A stretch of DNA of 61,364 nt, the filler included. It is 6 parts of 6 records of this genome, joined end to end, with 100 filler letters (N's around TTAATTAATTAA, not from the genome) between each part and the next. Parts side by side here need not be neighbours in the genome. Positions count along the whole stretch, not along the records: positions 1 to 14,710 come from DRR723986_9952; positions 14,811 to 31,930 come from DRR723986_9958; 4 more parts are not named here. One strand, written 5' to 3'. Positions 11,595 to 20,566 of the stretch are shown here, piece by piece; position 1 is the first letter of the stretch; each line of letters begins with the position of its first letter. Under the pieces are notes generated by a model that was given only the letters and a program-made list of their open reading frames with translations, was not told the DNA's origin and did no database searches. Position numbers and translations under genes: made by a program.

Positions 11595-11720
11595 GGTGGT
11601 TCCCTCTGTGTAACCGGGTCTCAGAAATGTGCCTTCTTGTGGCAAATTCTGGTGTCACCTATATCTGCAGTTACATAAGTATACCACCCCGGCGCGACGC
11701 CGATATACAGGACAGACCAT

Positions 11721-12362
11721 ATGACCCAGAGCACGCTGATCGAGAAACTCAACTGGCGCTACGCAACCAAAAAGATGGACCCGACCAAGGCGGTTCCTCA
11801 GGAAAAGGTTGATCAAATCGTCGAGGCGATCCGCATGGCGCCCACATCAAGTGGCACGCAGCCGTTCGAGCTGTTTGTGATTACCAACCCTGAAATCCGT
11901 GCTGAAATCCAGCCCCACGCCTGGAACCAGGCACAGATCACCGAAGGGTCTCACCTGCTGGTATTCGCGGCTTGGGATAACTACTCGGCGGACCGTATCG
12001 ATGCGGTGACTCAGCAGATGACGGACGAGCGCGGCGAAATTCCGATGCTGAACCAGTATTACGACAACCTTAAAGCCACATATTTGCCGCGCGAAGAACA
12101 GGTGAACCATGACCATGCAGCGCGTCAGGCTTACATTGCCTTGGGCTTTGCTCTGGCAGCGGCGGCTGAGCTGGATGTGGACAGCACCCCGATGGAAGGG
12201 TTCGACCCCGTCAAGGTCGATGAGATCCTGAGCCTGAAAGAGCGCGGCCTGCGGTCCGTGTTGTTGTTGCCTTTGGGGTATCGTCAGGAAGGGGCTGACT
12301 GGTTGCTGCCAATGAAAAAGGTGCGCAAGTCACACAAGTCTTTTGTGACAGAAATCGCCTAA
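11721..12362 (+). CDS. NAD(P)H nitroreductase (NfsB-like)
   Basis: WRYATKK, APTSSGTQP, DSTPMEGFD, LPLGYR. Confidence 0.93.
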   Translation: MTQSTLIEKLNWRYATKKMDPTKAVPQEKVDQIVEAIRMAPTSSGTQPFELFVITNPEIRAEIQPHAWNQAQITEGSHLLVFAAWDNYSADRIDAVTQQMTDERGEIPMLNQYYDNLKATYLPREEQVNHDHAARQAYIALGFALAAAAELDVDSTPMEGFDPVKVDEILSLKERGLRSVLLLPLGYRQEGADWLLPMKKVRKSHKSFVTEIA

Positions 12363-12375
12363 CACCAATAAACTC

Positions 12376-12402
12376 CGAGCCACGGAATTTTCACGTGGCT
12401 CG
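12376..12402 (+). terminator. hairpin after nitroreductase
   Basis: CGAGCCACG-9 nt-CGTGGCTCG. Confidence 0.55.
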
Positions 12403-12497
12403 AAGCGTGTCGCTCTAACCTATGTGAGTGGTGGATTTGCCATTGGCAAAGTTAGAGCGACTAACCTTTCGTCTATAAATAGCTTCCTTGTGCATTG

Positions 12498-13160
12498 TCA
12501 TGGTTCGTCAGTGTCGGAGGATTGCTTCCTTAGAATTTTGTGATTGCAAGTCGCTACCCGAGTTGATCTGCAAAGTCGTGGTGAGAACCTAAAGAGTAAA
12601 ATCAAGGCTCCCAGCACCGCTACCATGCCAATCATGTACCCGATGATATGCTGCATCACGATATCAATGGAATGTTCGCACAGAAACTCTTGGTCGTGTT
12701 GGATGCGGTGTATCAAAAGCGAAGTTACCAACGACGATACGAAACCGCCAAGAATCAGTATTCTCCAAGCTCGGGGGTGCAGCATGTCTTCGCGCCGGTT
12801 GCAAAGCGTTGACCAATCCAAAATGCAAAATATCGCTGGCGCGGTGCAAATGTTGACCGCCATGATCGCTATGAGTTTCATGGCGGTTAAAGTGTCATCA
12901 CAGTATAGAAAGCACCCGGCAATCGTTCCGGGAAGCAGGTAGAGTGGCGCACGCTTACCTTCAAAGAAGCTAACAATGACAATAATTCCAAAAGGCAGGA
13001 AGACGATAGACGACGTCGGGGACAGGTTTGTGACAAAATTGATTTGCAGAGGAAGCAACAGCTCTCCAGTAAGCACAATCGAGCCAATCAAAAAAACACT
13101 ATGGCAGAACATTTTCGAAAGAGGTTCAGAGAATTTGTTGGGTAAAAGACCGCTGGTCAT
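12498..13160 (-). CDS. MASE1-like multi-pass membrane protein with no output domain
   Basis: 5-6 hydrophobic helices; SIVFLPFGI...APLYLLPG and WR-L-LGGF-SS pattern; start uncertain. Confidence 0.65.
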   Translation of the reverse strand: MTSGLLPNKFSEPLSKMFCHSVFLIGSIVLTGELLLPLQINFVTNLSPTSSIVFLPFGIIVIVSFFEGKRAPLYLLPGTIAGCFLYCDDTLTAMKLIAIMAVNICTAPAIFCILDWSTLCNRREDMLHPRAWRILILGGFVSSLVTSLLIHRIQHDQEFLCEHSIDIVMQHIIGYMIGMVAVLGALILLFRFSPRLCRSTRVATCNHKILRKQSSDTDEP

Positions 13161-13295
13161 TTGACTGACCTCAAAGCTGAGACCCACGTTGCGATTGCAG
13201 ATCCAATAATTTGATAGTGCGCGGTTGAAAGCTGGTACTGCCGCTTGCTGGGCGTACGGGGCCAAAAACTTTGCATTGAGGCGTGGTTGAAGCGT

Positions 13296-13601
13296 CTATT
13301 GGTTGGGGAGTTGGTATAGCCCTGCTCCAAGGGCGCGGTTCTGGAGGACCAACCCCTTGTCGACGAGTTTCTTGAGTGTACGGTGGAACGTTGGCTGGGA
13401 TATCCGGCGAAGAGTCGGGTGATCCCGCACAACATCTGTCGTGCAGACGGATCGGTCTTCTGCATCGTTCCATGCGTTTGCATAGAAGGCGAGCAGCACA
13501 TCTCGCTCATTCGGGGAAAGCTTATCAAGACCAAGGTCAAGCTCCATCGTATTTAGCAAATCTCGCAGCTGTGCGATTTGGACCAAAATGCCTGAACTCA
13601 T
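13296..13601 (-). CDS. small MarR-like winged-HTH regulator
   Basis: MELDLGLDKLSPNERDVL...ISQPTFHRTLKKLVDKGLV...GLY. Confidence 0.8.
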   Translation of the reverse strand: MSSGILVQIAQLRDLLNTMELDLGLDKLSPNERDVLLAFYANAWNDAEDRSVCTTDVVRDHPTLRRISQPTFHRTLKKLVDKGLVLQNRALGAGLYQLPNQ

Positions 13602-13643
13602 AAGAACGCCCTGTCTCAGATTGTACCAAGCACAATAATGGGT

Positions 13644-14348
13644 CTACTTCAGGCAATCAACTTGTATATCAATATCGGCGTCTGTTGGCCGCTTTTTAAA
13701 GTTTTTATGTTTTTTTCGGTGTAGCGGCGTGGAGAATGGGCAGTCATTATAGTCATTTTGAGGCCAGCCCGTGCGTGCCTGTGTGTTGCTGCGAGCCGCC
13801 CCTATGGACAATCCGAGCGCCGTTGTCGTTGTTGGTAAACGTAAAGAGCAATCTGCTATCGCTTTTCTCTCGGTGGTAAAATCATTTCGGGCAAAGGTTG
13901 ATGACAATATGACGATGGTAAGGGCGGGCTCGCACGTGCGAAGTTCGATCAGTTTGTTCACGACATTGTCCATTTCTTCGAAAGAATCGATGTCTATGAA
14001 GAAAACCGTACTGCAGGCATCAAGCCGCCTGACGCGCAGCCAAGCCTGTTCCGGGTTCGAGAAATAGGTAAGAGTTCTTGCGTGTTGATTGAGTGCGCCG
14101 GCACAAGCCCTCAGATCATGATCTCGGCACGTCAATATGACTAAATCCAAATCTTTTGTTTCCAGGGAGATAAGATAGCCTTTCTCTTGGGTTCGCTTGG
14201 TATACTTTCGCATCAATTTGCGTAATAAATACCCGTCTTCTTGAGGCTTTTCTCGGGAAACTCTCAGTCTTAATGTCAGAAAGCGGAGCTTTAACATGGT
14301 CGCTGAAAGCAGTGACCCCGGCTGTTTGAGAATTCGTGAAACTATCAT
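13644..14348 (-). CDS. atypical receiver (REC-like) domain protein
   Basis: FFIDIDS, P-LTIVILSS, ADCSLRLP (LP where receivers have KP); SD GGAGGGGG before ATG 14348. Confidence 0.6.
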   Translation of the reverse strand: MIVSRILKQPGSLLSATMLKLRFLTLRLRVSREKPQEDGYLLRKLMRKYTKRTQEKGYLISLETKDLDLVILTCRDHDLRACAGALNQHARTLTYFSNPEQAWLRVRRLDACSTVFFIDIDSFEEMDNVVNKLIELRTCEPALTIVILSSTFARNDFTTERKAIADCSLRLPTTTTALGLSIGAARSNTQARTGWPQNDYNDCPFSTPLHRKKHKNFKKRPTDADIDIQVDCLK

Positions 14349-14528
14349 GGCATTCCCCCTCCATGTTATAATCATTATGACTATTCATTTTGAATATCAA
14401 GGGAGGATTCGGCTGAGTTAGTTATCAATTTGCTTGGAGTGGTAAATTTGTAGACTCATTTTGAGACTAAGATGTGAGCTCAAGATAGAGTCATTCTCGC
14501 TGATTGTTGCGGCAAACTTAGCTTTTCC

Positions 14529-14557
14529 TTGCGCTCAAAAGGGAATCCGCCTATACG
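14529..14557 (+). promoter_or_regulatory. sigma70-type promoter with GC-rich discriminator (probably rpsA; gene lost at contig end)
   Basis: TTGCGC-17 nt-TATACG-CCCC; same -10/discriminator as the tRNA promoter at 43988. Confidence 0.6.
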
Positions 14558-14710
14558 CCCCTAGTCTATACAAGGGCGGCTAACGTCTGGATGGCATTTC
14601 TGAGCAGGGCTGAGGCGATCCTCGGCCCTTTGTGTTTGTTTGGTTCAGAGATCCACCGGGCCACGTTCTGTGACGCTAAACCAAGACCGGCGGAGACAAC
14701 CGCACGGCCA

Positions 14711-14810
14711 NNNNNNNNNNNNNNNNNNNNNNNNNNNNNNNNNNNNNNNNNNNNTTAATTAATTAANNNNNNNNNNNNNNNNNNNNNNNNNNNNNNNNNN
14801 NNNNNNNNNN
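14711..14810. other. artificial contig linker
   Basis: N44-TTAATTAATTAA-N44 (stop codons in all frames). Confidence 0.99.
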
Positions 14811-14811
14811 C

Positions 14812-15135
14812 GATCCGGCGGCAAACCCCTACCTGTGCTTTGCAGCCCTGTTGATGGCTGGCCTTGACGGCATCAAGAACAAAATTGATCCCGGCGAAGC
14901 AATGGACAAAAACCTGTACGATCTGCCTGCCGAAGAGCTGGCAGATATCCCAACCGTATGCGGATCTCTGCGCGAAGCGATGGAATGCCTTGCGGCTGAC
15001 CATGACTTCCTGTTGCAGGGCGACGTGTTCACCAAAGACCAGATCGACGGCTACATCGCCCTGAAGATGGAAGAAGTCGAGCAGTACGAGCACACACCCC
15101 ACCCGGTTGAGTACGGCATGTACTACAGCTGCTAA
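14812..15135 (+). CDS. glnA: glutamine synthetase type I, C-terminal part
   Basis: [16 protein letters not shown] adenylylation motif, [12 protein letters not shown]. Confidence 0.97.
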   Translation, partial: DPAANPYLCFAALLMAGLDGIKNKIDPGEAMDKNLYDLPAEELADIPTVCGSLREAMECLAADHDFLLQGDVFTKDQIDGYIALKMEEVEQYEHTPHPVEYGMYYSC

Positions 15136-15155
15136 TTTCGGCAGTTATAAAATTC

Positions 15156-15185
15156 GAAAAGGCGCCCCCTACGGGCGCCTTTTTC
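15156..15185 (+). terminator. rho-independent terminator after glnA
   Basis: AAAAGGCGCCC-CCTAC-GGGCGCCTTTTT. Confidence 0.88.
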
Positions 15186-15294
15186 ATGTTCCGGCCAAAC
15201 TCCAAGTTGAGTGTCCCTGCCGCCAATTCCCCATAGGCAACAACCACGCAAGCGCATAGGGTTTGGGCAACCATTCAATACTCAAGGAGTTTTC

Positions 15295-16134
15295 ATGCGT
15301 CTTTTCACTCTGGCTCTCGCCACCGTTGCCCTGTTTAGCAGTTCAGTTTCAGCACAAACAATTGAACGCCTCAAAGAAACCAAGCACCTAACGTTTGGCT
15401 ACCGTACAGACGCTGCACCGTTGTCTTACCAAACCAAAGACGGCAACCCTGCGGGGTATTCACCTGCAATATGCAATGAAATCGCGCAGTACATTGCCAA
15501 TACGTTCGAGATGAAAAACCTCGACGTTGATTTTGTGGCTGTGGATTCTAAAGATCGTTTTGACAAGATTGCCAGCGGCGAGATCGACCTGTTGTGCGGC
15601 GCCGCCACCATCACGCTCTCACGCAGAGAAAAGGTGGATTTCTCAATTCCAACTTACGTTGACGGCACCTCTGTCTTGCTGCCTAAGACGGCAACAGGTA
15701 ATCTTGCAGATCTAGCAGGCAAGAAAATTGGTATGCGCAGCGCGACAACAACCGAACAAGCCGTGCTTAATTCATTCGGAGCAGCAAGCATTGATGCGGA
15801 TATGGTTCGCTTCAATACTCACCCTGACGGGTTCAAGGCCCTGCAAAACGGTGAAATCGATGCCTATTTTGCGGACCAATCAATCCTTCTGGTAAACTAT
15901 TTCGAACGCGACATGGTTAACGATTTCAAGCTCATGGATGAAATCCTAACTATTGAAAAACATGGCTTTGCCTTGGCCAAAGGCGATAGCGATTTCCGGC
16001 TTTTGATCGATTCTGCGCTCTCCGAACTTTATGCAGCAGGTACGATGCAAAAGCTGTTTCAAGCAGTCTTACCTGGGGCCACTCCGGGTGCAGGTTTGCA
16101 GGCTATGTATGTCATCGCCCCCACGCTTCCCTGA
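15295..16134 (+). CDS. amino acid ABC transporter substrate-binding protein (GltI-like, family 3)
   Basis: Signal peptide; GYRTDAAPLSY, DLLCGAATITLSRREKVDFSIP; no permease genes adjacent. Confidence 0.9.
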   Translation: MRLFTLALATVALFSSSVSAQTIERLKETKHLTFGYRTDAAPLSYQTKDGNPAGYSPAICNEIAQYIANTFEMKNLDVDFVAVDSKDRFDKIASGEIDLLCGAATITLSRREKVDFSIPTYVDGTSVLLPKTATGNLADLAGKKIGMRSATTTEQAVLNSFGAASIDADMVRFNTHPDGFKALQNGEIDAYFADQSILLVNYFERDMVNDFKLMDEILTIEKHGFALAKGDSDFRLLIDSALSELYAAGTMQKLFQAVLPGATPGAGLQAMYVIAPTLP

Positions 16135-16142
16135 ACGCATTC

Positions 16143-16175
16143 AGCCGGGGCTTTCATAGTCCCGGCTTTCTTTTC
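16143..16175 (+). terminator. rho-independent terminator
   Basis: AGCCGGGGCT-TTCAT-AGTCCCGGCT then TTCTTTT. Confidence 0.75.
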
Positions 16176-16235
16176 AACGCAAACCTTGTTTTACTGTTTC
16201 AAGCCAAGCCACCCGTTTCTTGTGAAAGGTTTACC

Positions 16236-17033
16236 ATGCGCGCTTTGATCTTTTCCCTGTGTTTTGGTGTCAGCCTATCGGCATCTCCTGTTGACGCCGC
16301 ACCTTGCGGAAACACAAGTTCCGGGTTTGACGCATGGAAACGTGATTTTGCGACAACAGCTAAACGCGCAGGTGTCCGCAAAAAAGGTCTCAATGCGCTT
16401 TCCCAAGCCTCTTATGCAAACCGGACGATCGCCGCAGATCGCAACCAAAAGAGCTTCAAATACTCGCTCAAGAAGTTCATGAGTGTTCGTGGAGCAGACA
16501 CAATCGTTGCCCAAGGGCGCAAACGCAAAGCCCGTAACCCAAACTTTTATGCAACCTTAGAGCGTCAGTACGGTGTTCCGGCCGGGGTGTTGATTTCTCT
16601 GCACGGAATGGAAACGGCCTTTGGTAGCTTTATGGGTGACAGTCAGGTGGTCTCGGCCATCACAACTCTTGCATATGACTGTAGAAGATCAGACTTTTTC
16701 ATTCCCCACGCAATTGGGGCGCTAAAACTCGTGGACCAAGGTGCGATAACCACCCAGACCAAGGGCGCCAAACATGGCGAGTTGGGGCACACACAATTCC
16801 TGCCGGGGAATGCCCTTACTTATGGTGTCGATGCAACCGGAGATGGTCGAGTCGATTTCTACAACGTGACAGACGCCCTTGCCTCTACCGCAAATTTCTT
16901 GCGTCAGAAGGGGTGGAAACCCGGGAAAGGCTATCAACCAGGCGAGCCCAATTTCTCGGTTATCAAGCAATGGAACGCTGCAAGTGTTTATCAGCAAGCC
17001 ATCGCAATCATGGCCAAACGCATCGACGGCTAA
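16236..17033 (+). CDS. lytic murein transglycosylase (MltB/SLT_2 family)
   Basis: Signal peptide; GMETAFG, GELGHTQFLP, DATGDGRVD, LASTANFL, WN. Confidence 0.9.
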   Translation: MRALIFSLCFGVSLSASPVDAAPCGNTSSGFDAWKRDFATTAKRAGVRKKGLNALSQASYANRTIAADRNQKSFKYSLKKFMSVRGADTIVAQGRKRKARNPNFYATLERQYGVPAGVLISLHGMETAFGSFMGDSQVVSAITTLAYDCRRSDFFIPHAIGALKLVDQGAITTQTKGAKHGELGHTQFLPGNALTYGVDATGDGRVDFYNVTDALASTANFLRQKGWKPGKGYQPGEPNFSVIKQWNAASVYQQAIAIMAKRIDG

Positions 17034-17242
17034 ATGTCCACTGTATGCCTACCTGTCGCCACGCTCGCGCCTTGGTTGCGTCATCTTTTCTAAAAATTCC
17101 CTAAAAATAGGTTATTTTCACGCTTTACAGAGATTCTACATACCTCCTCACTGCCCTGTGATTTGACAGATTAGGTCAAACTTTCTCCCACATCGCCAAG
17201 TAGTCTGTTCATCAAGAGCACACGCACAGGAGGATTAGAACT

Positions 17243-18154
17243 GTGACACAGGCAAGGAAGTATCACGGTGGACTAGTATTCTTGGAAGAGGATCAAGGAT
17301 CTTTGGATCGGTTCGCCCGAATTGTATCGGCAACACTCGAAGACTATGGCCATTCAGTCGAACGGCAATCGATTTCAGATCGCGATGAGGCAACAATTGT
17401 CACGCATCAATATGCGGTTCACCTTGAACTTGTTCCCAATCCACCCTGCGCCTCTCGTAGTCACCGGATGGATGCAGCAGCTGGTTTAAACCCCAAGCGC
17501 AAAAAGAGACGGGATCAGGTGCGTAAGCGTTTGAGCATCTCGTTGACCCCCGTTTCCGACACGACCGATGACCGGGATGTATCCGAACTGATCTTGGTCG
17601 TCATGCTCTATCGTATGGTTGATCTGTACAGCAGTGAACACATCGAATGGCTCGACCCGACTGTTGTTCTGTCAGTGGAACAGTTTCTGGGTGCCTTCGC
17701 AAATGTATCCCCTCAGCGCGTCCAAAGCCGGCAAAAGGTTTTCCATACGCGCGGCAAACGCTTTGCATCCGTGGATGATACAGCCCCGGGATTGGCAGTT
17801 CAGTATGACAAAATTTCAGGTCAAACGCCACATTGCGGAAAGCTAGGATTGGTTGAACTCACGGATGAGGAAGCTCTCGCTCTGGCGTTCAGAACCGACC
17901 CCCATCCAGACGAGCTGGATGCGAACGAGGCTCTGGTCCACGCAGAGAACGACATTCGACGGCTCACGAGCTGGGGAATGACTGGTGTCTTGGCATTTGT
18001 ATCAGGTCCAGTTGCGCTATCTTTGGCAGCAGTCAATTTGATCCGCGGCGAGGACTTTCGTCTGTCAACTCAGGTTCTGACACTGACCAGCGCCCTTGTG
18101 ATTTTGCAAGGCTCAGGTGCAATGGCCAGCGTAGCACCCTTTCTTCCGATGTAA
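17243..18154 (+). CDS. hypothetical protein with C-terminal TM segments
   Basis: 303-aa ORF, SD AGGAGG before GTG, hydrophobic C-terminus. Confidence 0.7.
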   Translation: MTQARKYHGGLVFLEEDQGSLDRFARIVSATLEDYGHSVERQSISDRDEATIVTHQYAVHLELVPNPPCASRSHRMDAAAGLNPKRKKRRDQVRKRLSISLTPVSDTTDDRDVSELILVVMLYRMVDLYSSEHIEWLDPTVVLSVEQFLGAFANVSPQRVQSRQKVFHTRGKRFASVDDTAPGLAVQYDKISGQTPHCGKLGLVELTDEEALALAFRTDPHPDELDANEALVHAENDIRRLTSWGMTGVLAFVSGPVALSLAAVNLIRGEDFRLSTQVLTLTSALVILQGSGAMASVAPFLPM

Positions 18155-18193
18155 GCCGTTGCCGGGACAAGGACCTGCCCGTCCACGAGCAGG

Positions 18194-18937
18194 TCACGCG
18201 CCCGGAACATCTCGCCTTGCTATTACATAGGTATGAATTGAGAAAATAACCGCACTGCTTTGCGGCAATCTAAGGATACACTGCCGCTCACTGCGTAGAT
18301 AGTCCGCCGCCTTCTGCTCCGGTGCGACGCGCCGTTTCAAAAAGCTTCGTGGTTGATGCAGCTCTGCGTCCCGATACCAAAGCGCGTTGAACCGCCACAT
18401 CGGTTTACTCACCTGAACACCGTCAAATAGCCTCTGAACCCGGCGCGCAATACCGCTATCATAGCTCTCTACGCCATCATGGATCCCGATCAACGGCCGC
18501 ATGAACTTTTCAGACAGCGTCCAGCTCGCCGGAAAACACAAAACCGCGCCGGTCAATACGTGTTCGTCACCCTGTTTTTGCAAAATACAAAAATCTTCCT
18601 GCACCAATCGCCCCAATGTCAGCAATGGGTTGTCGTAATCCACCTCGATACGAACCCCATCGGCCCTAACCACATAAGAATCGCACTCTGGATAGGCACG
18701 GGACAACACCAGATCCAATAACTCTTGTGCTGCTTCTCGGGCCTCATCATCCATCGCGACGACGTCATCATATGTGTCGGCCAACAACTGATCACGGCGG
18801 GCCATTTGGTCCGCAAATGCCTCGTCATGATGGAGCCAGTCCTCGATCGACATTGCCGAAATTCCGGGCAGAGGTCGAGGTGTGAGGGGATCGTACGGAA
18901 GTTCGGTTTGCAATATCTCAGTCATGGGTCTGCTCAT
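18194..18937 (-). CDS. DUF3445 / heme-dependent oxidative N-demethylase alpha-subunit-like protein
   Basis: VQEDFCIL, LCFPASW, WRFN, YLRSERQC, FSIHT. Confidence 0.88.
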   Translation of the reverse strand: MSRPMTEILQTELPYDPLTPRPLPGISAMSIEDWLHHDEAFADQMARRDQLLADTYDDVVAMDDEAREAAQELLDLVLSRAYPECDSYVVRADGVRIEVDYDNPLLTLGRLVQEDFCILQKQGDEHVLTGAVLCFPASWTLSEKFMRPLIGIHDGVESYDSGIARRVQRLFDGVQVSKPMWRFNALWYRDAELHQPRSFLKRRVAPEQKAADYLRSERQCILRLPQSSAVIFSIHTYVIARRDVPGA

Positions 18938-19050
18938 ATCATTGGCTTAAGGCAAAGTCGGTAAAAAACGACCTGCGTTCTGGTCGTTTTCTATGCGACA
19001 GGTCCATGACCTCGGTTTCAAACTGGCTTTAAATCCAGGGAGGTGAGCCA

Positions 19051-20391
19051 GTGAACCATCATTACCGAGACACTCGAAAAATTGACCCGACACGCGGAGC
19101 CAACCTTGGCGACGGAACCCCGAATGATAACAATCGCATTGAAATTGGCCCAACACAGCTGGCCTTCAATGAGTGGGTTGGTGCTGGCTTAGCCCTACCC
19201 AACCTGGATTTGATGCGTGAATATCGATGGAAGCGGCTCACCCAACACATCGTGGATCGGGACCTTGGCGGTCTATTGATGTTTGATCCGCTGAACATAC
19301 GTTATGCGACCGACAGCTCCAATATGCAGCTGTGGAACACGCATAACCCGTTTCGAGCCGTGCTGCTGTGTGCGGATGGCTATATGGTCATCTGGGATTA
19401 CAAAAACTCCCCGTTTTTGTCTGAATTCAATCCTTTGGTGCGCGAACAACGATCAGGCGCGGATCTGTTTTACTTCGACCGCGGCGACAAAGTGGACGTG
19501 GCCGCCGATGTTTTTTCAAACGAGGTACGCCGTTTGATGGAAGAGCATGCCCCAGGCAACATGCGTCTTGCGATCGACAAGGTGATGCTACACGGGCTTC
19601 GCGCGCTCGAAGCGCAAGGGTTTGACATCAAAGAAGGCGAAGAGGTCACCGAGAAAAGCCGCTCGATCAAAGGCCCCGATGAGATACTCGCCATGCGATG
19701 TGCCCATCATGCCTGCGAAACCGCCGTCGCAGAGATGGAGCGCTTTGCCAGAGCCAATGTCCCAGCTGGTCAAACTTCAGAAGATGACATTTGGGCGACC
19801 CTGCATGCCGAAAACATCCGGCGTGGCGGGGAATGGATCGAAACCCGTCTATTGACCTCAGGGCAGCGCACCAACCCTTGGTTTCAGGAATGCGGGCCGC
19901 GCATAACCCAGAACAATGAGATCATCGCGTTTGATACTGATCTAGTTGGATCTTATGGAATTTGCATCGATATCTCGAGAACCTGGTGGATCGGCGATGA
20001 AAAACCACGCCCGGATATGGTCTATGCAATGCAACACGCGCACGAGCATATCATGTCAAACATGGATATGCTGAAACCCGGTGTGACCATCCCTGAGCTA
20101 AGCGCCAACACCCATGTTCTTGATGCGCAGTATCAAAACGGAAAATACGGGTGTCTCATGCATGGGGTCGGCCTGTGTGATGAATGGCCGTTAGTGGCCT
20201 ATCCAGACCATGCGGTGCCCGGCGCCTTTGATTATCCACTGGAACCCGGCATGGTTTTGTGTGTCGAGGCTCTGGTCAGCCCCGAAGGCGGTGATTTTTC
20301 GATCAAACTGGAAGATCAAGTTTTGATCACCGAAGATGGCTATGAAAACCTGACCACCTATCCATTCGATTCCGATTTGATGGGCGAATAA
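19051..20391 (+). CDS. dddP: dimethylsulfoniopropionate lyase DddP (M24 metallopeptidase fold)
   Basis: RKIDP...TPNDNNRIEIGPTQLAF N-terminus, NMQLWNTHN, FDTDLVGSYG, HGVGLCDEWP, IKLEDQ. Confidence 0.95.
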   Translation: MNHHYRDTRKIDPTRGANLGDGTPNDNNRIEIGPTQLAFNEWVGAGLALPNLDLMREYRWKRLTQHIVDRDLGGLLMFDPLNIRYATDSSNMQLWNTHNPFRAVLLCADGYMVIWDYKNSPFLSEFNPLVREQRSGADLFYFDRGDKVDVAADVFSNEVRRLMEEHAPGNMRLAIDKVMLHGLRALEAQGFDIKEGEEVTEKSRSIKGPDEILAMRCAHHACETAVAEMERFARANVPAGQTSEDDIWATLHAENIRRGGEWIETRLLTSGQRTNPWFQECGPRITQNNEIIAFDTDLVGSYGICIDISRTWWIGDEKPRPDMVYAMQHAHEHIMSNMDMLKPGVTIPELSANTHVLDAQYQNGKYGCLMHGVGLCDEWPLVAYPDHAVPGAFDYPLEPGMVLCVEALVSPEGGDFSIKLEDQVLITEDGYENLTTYPFDSDLMGE

Positions 20392-20566
20392 CTTCAACTT
20401 TCAAAGCGTGGCCGGGTTTGTTTCCGAGCACTGGCCATGCTTACAACACCTGCCCCACAATACACCCCGGCTCCGTTTTGGTCACCTTGGCGTGACCTGC
20501 GTGACACATGGGTTGAGGCAGCGCTCCTGACACCCCAATCTCGGGGGGAACGAAAAGGAGCCCCCC

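Noticed and set aside
12413-12457. attC-like site (CTCTAAC...GTTAGAG)
   Set aside because: About 45 nt, too short; cores deviate from RYYYAAC/GTTRRRY; single copy and no integrase
14711-14810. TTAATTAATTAA repeated five times, and ORFs ending in X...LIN
   Set aside because: Synthetic all-frame stop linkers between contigs, not biology
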